A DNA stretch of 64,000 nt, taken from an uncultured delta proteobacterium. GTDB taxonomy: Bacteria > Desulfobacterota > Desulfomonilia > Desulfomonilales > Desulfomonilaceae. Shown here piece by piece: positions 31,097 to 39,567 of the stretch; within the stretch, counting starts at the first letter, position 1, and each line of letters opens with the position of its first letter. The stretch is taken from NCBI GenBank assembly GCA_963789265.1, contig CAWBKB010000007.1, positions 416,001 through 480,000 on the forward strand, written 5' to 3'. The notes beneath the pieces are model-generated. The model was not told where the DNA came from, made no database searches, and saw only the letters and a program-made list of their open reading frames with translations. Both the position numbers and the translations under genes were made by a program.

Positions 31097-32362
31097 TTAC
31101 CTCCCCACCGTATCCTGAAGGGCCTTCAAGGCAGCTCCGGTAGCATCCTGCAAGCAGGTGCCGACATCCATAGGTCGCCTGGAAACACCGGCAGGATGTA
31201 CACCTTCGTCCGAGATCATGAATCCGAATTCGTCATAAGCCACGTTCAGACCCGGGACTTTTTCCTCGCTGGTGTTGGGTTGCATTCCGGTGGCGAGAAC
31301 AGCCATATCGAAGGCACGTCGAATTTTCTTGCCTGAGAGAATGTCCTCTCCTTCGAGGATCACGTCTTTCGTGCTCGGGTCCTCCGTTATATTAACGATC
31401 TTCCCCTTGGTGAGCAGCACCATTTCGTCTTTCCTCACTCTGTCGTAAAAGAATTCGAAACGACCATAGGCTCTCAGGTCGATATAGAAAATGTGCGCCT
31501 GCGCATCAGGATTGTAGTCCCGAAGGTACGTGGCCTGTTTCAAAGATGCCAGGCAACATATCGAAGAGCAATACGGCAAATGGTTCCTGTCTCGGGAGCC
31601 CGCACACTGGACGAAGGCAAGGTTGTTAACCTTCTTGCCGTCTGAGGGCCGAACGATCTCCCCTTTGGTGGGGCCTCCCGGAGCAGCCAGTCTTTCCATC
31701 ATCACATTGGTAATGACGTTGGCACATTTCCCGAAGCCCAACTTGTCCAGTTTAGAGGGGTCGTATGGCTTCCAGCCGGTGGCCCACACCACTGAAGCCA
31801 CTTCCACATTGAAAGTTTCCGGCTTGGCGTCCAGGTCGATGCGGATGCCCTTGTTGGTGCAGGACTCTATGAAGGAGTTATATTCCAGGCGGCCTTGCAA
31901 TTTCTTGAGGGCATCCCGGTCAACCACGAGATTCATAGGGTAGGCCATCTCGTAGGGCAAACGTACCGCTTTGACTGTATCCATATCGTAATTGAAGTCG
32001 TTGGGGATTTCCGCGGGGCAGTCGTCCACACACTTACTTGTAGCGGTGCGGTCCTCCACATACCTAGGTGAAACCCTGATGGTTGCGGTATAGTTGCCCG
32101 GTTTTCCAGTAATATTTTCTACTTCCGACAAGGTATACACGGCAATATCGGGATTCCTTCTTATTCTTCTGAAATTGATTTCCAGGCCGCATGTGGGAGG
32201 ACACAGCTTCGGAAAATACTTGTTCATCCGGGCTACCCGGCCTCCGAGATAGGGCAACTTTTCGACCAGGATCGCCTTGCAGCCGGCTTCCGCGGCTTCA
32301 ACCGCGGCCGTAATACCGCTAATACCGCCCCCGACGACCAGTACGGTTTTGTTTCCAGCCAT
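31097..32362 (-). CDS. qmoA: QmoA (HdrA-like flavoprotein)
   Basis: VVGGGISG, KYFPKLCPPTCG, QCAGSRD..YCSSICC; start MAGNK with GGAGG RBS. Confidence 0.96.
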   Translation of the reverse strand: MAGNKTVLVVGGGISGITAAVEAAEAGCKAILVEKLPYLGGRVARMNKYFPKLCPPTCGLEINFRRIRRNPDIAVYTLSEVENITGKPGNYTATIRVSPRYVEDRTATSKCVDDCPAEIPNDFNYDMDTVKAVRLPYEMAYPMNLVVDRDALKKLQGRLEYNSFIESCTNKGIRIDLDAKPETFNVEVASVVWATGWKPYDPSKLDKLGFGKCANVITNVMMERLAAPGGPTKGEIVRPSDGKKVNNLAFVQCAGSRDRNHLPYCSSICCLASLKQATYLRDYNPDAQAHIFYIDLRAYGRFEFFYDRVRKDEMVLLTKGKIVNITEDPSTKDVILEGEDILSGKKIRRAFDMAVLATGMQPNTSEEKVPGLNVAYDEFGFMISDEGVHPAGVSRRPMDVGTCLQDATGAALKALQDTVGR

Positions 32363-32383
32363 GCTTCCTCCCTGAAAAGGACT

Positions 32384-32468
32384 ATGAGGGGGCAAAAAAA
32401 TGCCCCCTCATCAGCTTGTGTCGCAATCGAACAAAACTCCGGGCACCTCAAGAAGCACCCGGAGTTCT
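32384..32468 (-). terminator. Two hairpins between aprA and qmoA (terminator or mRNA stabiliser)
   Basis: Minus strand AACTCCGGGTGC...GTGCCCGGAGTTTTG; second hairpin ATGAGGGGGCA-N-TGCCCCCTCAT at 32384-32411. Confidence 0.6.
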
Positions 32469-32487
32469 GAAGGTTAGTCGTTATTAG

Positions 32488-34362
32488 TTAAACTATGGTA
32501 ATAACAGGAACTTTCTTCATTTCCCATTCGCCGTTCTTGTAAGTGGCGTTTGCGAACACCTTCCAGTTGGCCTCATCCATCGTCGGGAAATCGTTCCGGA
32601 AGTAGTAGCCCGGCCAGCGGGTCTCTTCGCGGAAGAGAATCGTCCTGACGTGGACTTCCGCCTGCCACATTCTCTGGATGTTCTCATGGCAGCGCATCAG
32701 CTCGTGCAGGCTCGAAGCAGCCAGCTTGTCGGAGTCTTCGTTGAGCCAGTTAAGGAGTTCAAGCGCCCTTTCCAGCTTCGGCTTGTTGGTCTTGAAGCCG
32801 GCGGTGACCCCTGCCGCGTACTCGTCCATAATCTTCTGCAGACGGAACATGAACATCTTGGGTTTCATGAACTCCGGGTTGATGTCCGGATCGCTGGATT
32901 TGGCTGCATGCTCGGTATATAGGTCCAGAGGCTTCAAGATCTGCTTCTTCAACGCCTCTACTTTAGCCGCGTCGACGTTCGGCAGGTTGTTATTGTCGAG
33001 CACGAAACGTACTATCGACTTACCGGCCGCACGACCTTCAGCATGAGATCCCGAAGAGAACTTATGGCTGGATGCGCCGGACGCGTCACCCGCGGAGAAG
33101 AGACCCTTCACTGTGGACATATATTCATAGCCCCAGAAGTACTCTTTTGGAGCCAGATCTTTGGGACCGCTCACCCACGCACCGGAGGCACCGGAGTGTG
33201 AACCGATGAAGTAAGGCTCAGAGGCTGCGATCTCGGAGGACTTCTCCTCGGGCTGGACGTTGGTGCCGGCCCAGAGAATGGCCTGGGCAATGGTCATGTC
33301 GAGGAAGTCTTCCCATGCCTCGGTTTCGAGTTCCTTCATCTTCTTCTTGTAAGCCTTCGGATCATCCTTGAGGGCCTCTGCGATCTTCTGAATGGCTTCT
33401 TCCGTTCTCATGTAGATCGGACCCTTGCCCTCGAACTCATCGAGCATGCCCAAGTAGTTACGCAAGTTGGCTGGGATCGGCTTCACTTTGCCGTAGGAGC
33501 CCCAGTTGTCCAACTCTGCCTTGCGCTCCACCATGTACTCGCCGCCGAACGCGTTGGTCGCACGGGACTTGAACAGGAGGAACCACGCGCCGACCGGGCC
33601 GTAACCGTCTTTGAAGCGGACGGGGATGAAACGCACTTCCTGGCAGGTCAGCTCCGCGCCGGCCATAAGGGTGAAGTACGTGCTGGAGCCCGAGTTCCAC
33701 GGCGGATACCACGCACGGCCAAGACCTTCACCTACGCTTCTCGGCTTGAATACGTGAACCGCGCCGCCCATGGCCGCGAGGACAGCTTTGGCCTTGAACA
33801 CGTAGAATTTTTCTTCACGAGTGCTGAAACCGACGGCGCCGGCAATGCGGTCCCCGTCCATGAGGGGAGTAGTGATGAAAACGCGCTCAAAGTACTCACC
33901 GCCGCGCTGGCTGAGAGCAGTCTTGGCCGCCTCGGCCACGATGACTTTGTAGGACTCGCCGTTGATCATGAGCTGCCAACGACCCTCATGAACAAAGTTG
34001 CCCTGCTCGTCCTTCCAGATGGGAAGACCCCATTTTTCAAAGAGATGAACAGAAGAGTCCACGTGACGGGCAATGTCATAGACCAGGTCTTCACGGGTGA
34101 TGCCCATGAGGTCGTTACGGACGTAGTTGACGTAGTCAACAACCGTGTTGTTGCCGCTGTTGATGTCCACGTACTCGTTGATGGCCGAAAGGCCCATGGC
34201 TACTGCGCCGGAACGGTCCATGGCAGCCTTATCCACCAAGGTGACCTTCAGACCGTTCTTGTTGGCCCAATAGGAGGCCTCGACTGCTGCGCCGCATGCC
34301 GCCATACCGCCGCCGCAGATCAGAATATCAGTGGTTACTTCGACGGTTTCAAAATTCGCCAT
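32488..34362 (-). CDS. aprA: Adenylylsulfate reductase alpha subunit
   Basis: RSGAVAMGLSAIN, WQLMINGESYK, GRAWYPPW, RFKDGYGPVGAWF, HKFSSGSHAEG, REETRWPGYY. Confidence 0.98.
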   Translation of the reverse strand: MANFETVEVTTDILICGGGMAACGAAVEASYWANKNGLKVTLVDKAAMDRSGAVAMGLSAINEYVDINSGNNTVVDYVNYVRNDLMGITREDLVYDIARHVDSSVHLFEKWGLPIWKDEQGNFVHEGRWQLMINGESYKVIVAEAAKTALSQRGGEYFERVFITTPLMDGDRIAGAVGFSTREEKFYVFKAKAVLAAMGGAVHVFKPRSVGEGLGRAWYPPWNSGSSTYFTLMAGAELTCQEVRFIPVRFKDGYGPVGAWFLLFKSRATNAFGGEYMVERKAELDNWGSYGKVKPIPANLRNYLGMLDEFEGKGPIYMRTEEAIQKIAEALKDDPKAYKKKMKELETEAWEDFLDMTIAQAILWAGTNVQPEEKSSEIAASEPYFIGSHSGASGAWVSGPKDLAPKEYFWGYEYMSTVKGLFSAGDASGASSHKFSSGSHAEGRAAGKSIVRFVLDNNNLPNVDAAKVEALKKQILKPLDLYTEHAAKSSDPDINPEFMKPKMFMFRLQKIMDEYAAGVTAGFKTNKPKLERALELLNWLNEDSDKLAASSLHELMRCHENIQRMWQAEVHVRTILFREETRWPGYYFRNDFPTMDEANWKVFANATYKNGEWEMKKVPVITIV

Positions 34363-34382
34363 ATCTTGGTACCTCCTAATGA

Positions 34383-34826
34383 TTACTTCTTAATTGTAGG
34401 CAGCTCTTTGAGCCGCAGAGCCTCAGGCTCATTGTACAGGCACTGGCTGGCCAGGTCTGTGGTGACTTCACCAAACCCGCCATCAGGCTTGACCTGACCT
34501 TCTGGAACCTTTCGGATGGGGAATTTGAACCGCTTCACCTGGCCGCTGCGGAACTTGACCGTCCACATGATGTCTTCGGAACCCCTCAGGGGCACCACCG
34601 ACGCTCCCATCGGAACGAAGTCGGCATAACCTCTGACGTCTATCGCCTGCTGCGGGCAAATTTTCACGCAGTTGTAGCACTCCCAGCACATTTCGGGTTC
34701 CATGTTCCAGGCTTTCATTTTTTCTTTGTCCAGAACCATCAAGTCATTAGGGCAGATGTACATGCAAGCGGTCTTGTCCTGGCCCTTGCATCCATCACAT
34801 TTTTCCATGATAACGAAACTTGGCAT
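34383..34826 (-). CDS. aprB: Adenylylsulfate reductase beta subunit
   Basis: CDGCKGQDKTACMYICPNDLM, CWECYNCVKICP, RGYADF, KRFKFPIR. Confidence 0.98.
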   Translation of the reverse strand: MPSFVIMEKCDGCKGQDKTACMYICPNDLMVLDKEKMKAWNMEPEMCWECYNCVKICPQQAIDVRGYADFVPMGASVVPLRGSEDIMWTVKFRSGQVKRFKFPIRKVPEGQVKPDGGFGEVTTDLASQCLYNEPEALRLKELPTIKK

Positions 34827-35345
34827 GAACCAACCTCCTAGTTAGTTTGAGCTTTTTTAGAGTCGTGTAACTCCTGTTGTTACGCGGCGCGTACGGCCGC
34901 CGAGTCTGTGAAGGCTCCTCCTTTCTATACGTGGTCGCTGCAGCCCCACAGGTAATGTTCATGGCGTGGGAGACGTTCACCAGCCAGCCCGGTATTTGCG
35001 TTCCTGTCGCGTTCCTCCCCCACCATCGGAACGATTTTCGCGCAGTGTCGGGTACGAAAAAGGGGCCGCAATCGCATAGACCTTCCAACAAAACTCTCAG
35101 AATTCCAACCTATCACGGAGATTTACAATATTCTGCAGTATTAAACCGGAGGTCCGGCGCAACCCCCAGCACCGCCGAAGCAGCTAAGGAATAAGGGATT
35201 CAATCAAATCTTGGTCTGGTTGTCAAGATTTTTTTCAGTGGAGAAGCCGTGAACTTGTTACTCCCTCCGCAGGGAACGCTCTTGCCACGAAAAGCGCCGT
35301 ATGCTAGTTTAATAAGTTCAGATTCGGGCGGCAAAAGGAACTCAA

Positions 35346-36314
35346 ATGACCCATCCGGGAAGAAACGATCCATGCCCATGCGGGAGTGGACTAAAATACA
35401 AGAAATGCTGCCTCGCCGGAGAAGCCACTAAACACGATCCGGACGGAGTTCAGGGCCTGCGGGCAAAGGCCTTCAAGAATATGTCCGAGCAAAAATGGAT
35501 GGAAGCCATAGAGGGATTCAAATCTATCCTGGACCGAGTCTCGGACCCGCATGCCGCGCTCGATGCGATCGCCGCCTGTTATGACGGTCTCGAGAATTAT
35601 CTCATGGCTGCGGAATTCTACGAGAAGGCTCTCGCTGTGTGTCCGGAATCACGAAGCTTCGACCTGCATTACCGGCTCGGCGTCTCCAGAGCCTGCGCGG
35701 AACGTATTGAAAAAGCTATCGATGCCTTTCAGCACTGCCTGGCGCTTCAAAGCGACACGGCATACGAACAGCGGTTGCTCGGTATACTTGAAGATCTGAA
35801 CGCGATTCTCCGGGATGAGAAGCCTCGTAGCCTTTTCCGTGTGCAAGTCCAGCTTCAGCGCGCATTTTCGGACATGGACGACAAAAATTATGAGTCCGCG
35901 GCTGCCCGACTCGAACGTATTGCCACGGATGACCCTCAAAATCCGGCGATCTTTTACAATCTCGGAGTTGCCAACTTTTTCCTAAAGAGAGAGGAAGAAG
36001 CAATTACTGAATTTGAAAGATGTGTCGCACTGAATTCCGGTTATGTTGAAGCTTGGTACAATATGGGACAAATTTATATGCTGAAACAGAAGGACTTTTC
36101 TCGAGCCCTCCACTGCTTTGACCGGGCTGCAGCAATCCGCCCGGATTACATAGGCGCACACCACCAGCGTGGGGTCGCGTACGAGCTACTTGGCAACCCT
36201 GTGAGAGCGCTGAAATGCTGGGAAAGAACGTTGGAATTGGACCCTGAGAACAAGCAGGCCAGAGAGAATATCAAGAGATTGGGCGACTCCATTGCAAACC
36301 AGCCTTGCCGGTGA
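35346..36314 (+). CDS. SEC-C motif + TPR-repeat protein
   Basis: N-terminal GRNDPCPCGSGLKYKKCC followed by multiple TPRs. Confidence 0.9.
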   Translation: MTHPGRNDPCPCGSGLKYKKCCLAGEATKHDPDGVQGLRAKAFKNMSEQKWMEAIEGFKSILDRVSDPHAALDAIAACYDGLENYLMAAEFYEKALAVCPESRSFDLHYRLGVSRACAERIEKAIDAFQHCLALQSDTAYEQRLLGILEDLNAILRDEKPRSLFRVQVQLQRAFSDMDDKNYESAAARLERIATDDPQNPAIFYNLGVANFFLKREEEAITEFERCVALNSGYVEAWYNMGQIYMLKQKDFSRALHCFDRAAAIRPDYIGAHHQRGVAYELLGNPVRALKCWERTLELDPENKQARENIKRLGDSIANQPCR

Positions 36315-36333
36315 GCGCCCTTGAAAGGACTGA

Positions 36334-37119
36334 TTGATGAAACTAAAAACCTCCCCATGTGAGCTCGAGCGCTTAATGACCTGGGATGACTCCTTCTCTT
36401 TTCGGTGTCATCCGGCTATTGACTGCTTCAACTCATGTTGCAAAGACGTGACTATATTTCTTACCTCCCTAGATGTCATCAGGCTTAGAAAAGCGCTGGA
36501 GATATCTTCCACCAATTTTCTCGAGACACATACCCATCGGCTGATCTCTCAGACCACGGGTCTGCCCGCTGTAGCCCTCAAAATGAGTCAGGATGAGGCG
36601 AAAACCTGTCCGTTTGTGAGCGCGACAGGTTGCTCCGTTTACAACGATCGGCCTTATTCCTGCCGACTCTACCCCCTGGACACCGAGCAAGGAGTGGAAT
36701 ATAAATTCGTTGTGGACGAAGGCGTGTGCCACGGGCTAAGAGAATCCCGAGAATGGACGGTCGAGACGTGGAGAAAGGATCAGGGCCTTTATGCGTACGA
36801 CGATCTCGATCACCAGCTCAAGGATGTAATGGCCGCAGATCAGGTTTTGGAAAGCAAGATTCAGGATCCGAGAATGCAGGACATGTGTCTCATGACTTTG
36901 TACGATCCTGACCGGTTTCGAGAGTTCATATTTAAGAGCAGCTTTCTTCAGAAGTTCCACGTGGATGATGACATAATGGAGAAGATAAGGGACGACGACG
37001 TCGCTCTTCTGTATTTTGCAAGCCAGTGGCTCCGTTTTGCTCTATTTGGCCAAAAAGGATTCCTGAAAATCGATCGCGATTACCTTGAACTTAAGAAACG
37101 AGAAGTTCTGGGCGGATGA
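36334..37119 (+). CDS. YkgJ (UPF0153) family cysteine-cluster protein
   Basis: FRCHPAIDCFNSCC, CPFV..GCSVYNDRPYSCRLYPL, CHG. Confidence 0.88.
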   Translation: MMKLKTSPCELERLMTWDDSFSFRCHPAIDCFNSCCKDVTIFLTSLDVIRLRKALEISSTNFLETHTHRLISQTTGLPAVALKMSQDEAKTCPFVSATGCSVYNDRPYSCRLYPLDTEQGVEYKFVVDEGVCHGLRESREWTVETWRKDQGLYAYDDLDHQLKDVMAADQVLESKIQDPRMQDMCLMTLYDPDRFREFIFKSSFLQKFHVDDDIMEKIRDDDVALLYFASQWLRFALFGQKGFLKIDRDYLELKKREVLGG

Positions 37120-37130
37120 AGGCAGGAAAG

Positions 37131-38558
37131 ATGAAACGATTTGCATGGTTCGTAGTGGCGCTCCTACTAAGCGTGATGGTTGGAAGCGCACTGGCCGCGG
37201 AATCGGCCATCGACAGACACATTAAAGATCTTAAAAGTGATAAGCCCGAAGTTCGAGCCAAGGCGGCTTTCGACCTGGGATGCGGCTGACACAAGTCGCC
37301 GAGGGCGGTTCCGCCTCTCATTGAAGCTCTGAAAGACCCGGACGCCAAAGTGCGCAGCGCCGCTACCGAATCACTCGGCTTTTTCTCGAGTCAGGCTTCA
37401 CAGATAATCCCCAAGGTGCTGGAACGCTTATCCGATGATAAAGTAGAAGTTCGACGAGCGGCAATTCAGTCGCTAGGACGACTCGGCAAGGGGAACCACA
37501 ACGTGGAGCAGGCCCTCCGCAAGTTCCTTGACGATCCGGACACGCTTACCAAGCTCAACACTATAATCGCACTCGCATCAGTGGGTAAAGTGGATGATTC
37601 GGTTATTCCCACGTTGCTCACGGCCATTAGCAATAAAGATCGGACAACTGCCAAAGCCGCCGGGCGTGTGCTGAGTCAGCTAGCTCCCGCCAAGCCGGAC
37701 AAGGTTCTACCCGGACTTACCGAGTTGCTGGACAAGAACCAGGAGCCTGGGGTCTCTAACGCATTGAAAGTATTGCGGTTTATGAAGGCGGCGGGATCAC
37801 CGGCTTTGCCCAAGATATCCACCTTGTATGATAAGGCGGACGCTCATGTTCGTTTGGAAATTTTGGGAGCTCTTTCCTCCATTGACAGTAAAGGGGATCA
37901 GGCCCTCCCTGTGCTCATTAAGGCGCTCAAGGCCCACGATATCATGGTTAAGAAAGAAGCGCTCCTCGGGGTTATACGATATAGATCCAAAGCGGATCTG
38001 TTTCTGGAACCTCTGGCCGAATCCATGAAGACAGGAGAATTGGAGAATCGCCTGTTGGCCATCGGTATCGTCCGGGGGCTGGGGCAACAAGGCTTAAAGG
38101 CGGTGCCGACGTTGATAGCCCTGACAGACGACCCGAATGTGCGTGTTCGCTCGGCCGCGATTGGCGCTCTTGCCGGTTTCAGGCCTGCACCGCCGGAAGT
38201 CCTCGAAACACTCGGCCGCAAGCTTAAAGACTTTCAGCCCGCTGTGAGGCTGGCTGCCGTGGGCGCGCTACGACAAAACGGCTACAAATATCCTGAAAAG
38301 GTGGCTGGACTATTGGAATCAGCACTGAAAGACGAAAAGAATGAGTTCACTCGACGTGCAATGGCGGCAACACTAGCCGGCATCAGGAAGGTGAAGCCGA
38401 GTACCGCTGCTGCACAATCGACGACGTCGGAAAACGTGAAGCCGAGTACCAACACCGACAAGGCGAAATCGGCCAAGTCGGAAAACTTGAAGCCGGGCAC
38501 CGCTACGGCAGAATCATCGAAATCGGACAAGGATAATCCCAAACAGGTGACCAAATAG
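37131..38558 (+). CDS. Exported HEAT-repeat protein with in-frame TGA at 37287-37289; candidate selenoprotein (C-G-U)
   Basis: Signal peptide MKRFAWFVVALLLSVMVGSALA, then DLKSDKPEVRAKAAFDLGCG*HKSPRAVPPLIEALKDPDAKVRSAA in frame with track ORF 37350-38558; alternative start 37116 overlaps the YkgJ stop (ATGA). Confidence 0.75.
37301..37319 (+). promoter_or_regulatory. Candidate bacterial SECIS hairpin
   Basis: GAG-GGCG [GTTC] CGCC-(T)-CTC; stem begins after an 11-nt spacer from the TGA, apical loop begins with GU, one bulged U. Confidence 0.6.
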
Positions 38559-38656
38559 CCTAACCTTTTCGCAGAACCGGCTAACGGATCCCAGAAGGCG
38601 AGATGGAAAGTGGGAAGCGGAAGCCGATACTCTCCGCTGCCTTTGGTCGCGGGCAT

Positions 38657-39061
38657 TCATAGCCAAAACATTCTTGGCACTTGAAAATCTACGTTGTAGA
38701 ATCTAATCACTTCATCCAGACTGATGCGAAAAACGTGACCCGCGCGCTGTGCTTTGGTCCGAAAGTTACTATTGCGGAACAGAAGTCGCAGGAGTGGAGG
38801 GATTCGAGGTACATCTTTATCGAGAACATTAAAGCAAACGATACAGAAGCGCCGATCAGCTCGTATCTTGTTCCAAAAATGATTGACATTGATGGTTATA
38901 AAGGCTGGATGTCGCTGTCGACAAAGGAGCGACGGAATAGCGTCATCTTTTATTATTGTCGCCGGTCGCAAGTCGTTCACTAGGCGGACTGCACCGTGAT
39001 ACCATTGAGCGATAGTCTGTTCTAGTTGCCGACCTCCTAGTTGCTCGTCGAGTACAATCAC
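38657..39061 (-). CDS. PIN-like (VapC45/DUF5615-like) putative toxin
   Basis: MIVLDEQL, IKDDAI, FITINVNHF; directly downstream of the DUF433 gene. Confidence 0.65.
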   Translation of the reverse strand: MIVLDEQLGGRQLEQTIAQWYHGAVRLVNDLRPATIIKDDAIPSLLCRQRHPAFITINVNHFWNKIRADRRFCIVCFNVLDKDVPRIPPLLRLLFRNSNFRTKAQRAGHVFRISLDEVIRFYNVDFQVPRMFWL

Positions 39062-39351
39062 TAGGCCGCAGCACGCTTGGACAGTTTCTTATTAAGTTTT
39101 TTGCCAAGCTTGCTCGCGATCTGCATTGCTTCAGAGATGGCCTCCCTTGGCACTCGACCGCCATAACCTTCCACAATGTAGTCGACACTCTCTCCGGCAT
39201 CGATCCGTGACAAGGTCCCCGCAACCTCAATCCGTGTATATTTGAAGGTGGGCCGCCCCCCGCAAACGCCCTTGGCGCGCACAACATGCTCTCCTAGCGG
39301 GTAATACTCATAGGGTTCACCGCCCACGATTTCGGTGACCAGTTTTGGCAT
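39061..39351 (-). CDS. DUF433 family putative antitoxin
   Basis: GVCGGRPTFKYTRIEV, AGESVDYIVEGY, EAISEAM. Confidence 0.85.
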   Translation of the reverse strand: MPKLVTEIVGGEPYEYYPLGEHVVRAKGVCGGRPTFKYTRIEVAGTLSRIDAGESVDYIVEGYGGRVPREAISEAMQIASKLGKKLNKKLSKRAAA

Positions 39352-39567
39352 GCTGAGCCCCTCCTTGGTCTCTGTCTATTTAACACTAGCTGAGAATTGA
39401 CAGCTTTGTCAACTGCTGCATTGTGCAAGCTGATCTGTCAGCCAGCAGGGCGGACCGTTCCCAGCGGCGGCCATGAGCCGCCCTACCCAAGCTAACTCAA
39501 CCACCGACGTCAGATAGCGCGTACAGGGAGGAGTATGGTAACCGATGCACCGGAGAATGGTGCATCT

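Noticed and set aside
33754..34497. 247-aa plus-strand ORF
   Set aside because: Antisense to aprA/aprB.
35346..35412. SEC-C motif as support for selenocysteine
   Set aside because: SEC-C is the SecA C-terminal metal-binding motif and has nothing to do with selenocysteine.
38391..38531. Three imperfect 15-17-aa repeats at the HEAT protein C-terminus
   Set aside because: Ordinary low-complexity tail; not a separate element.
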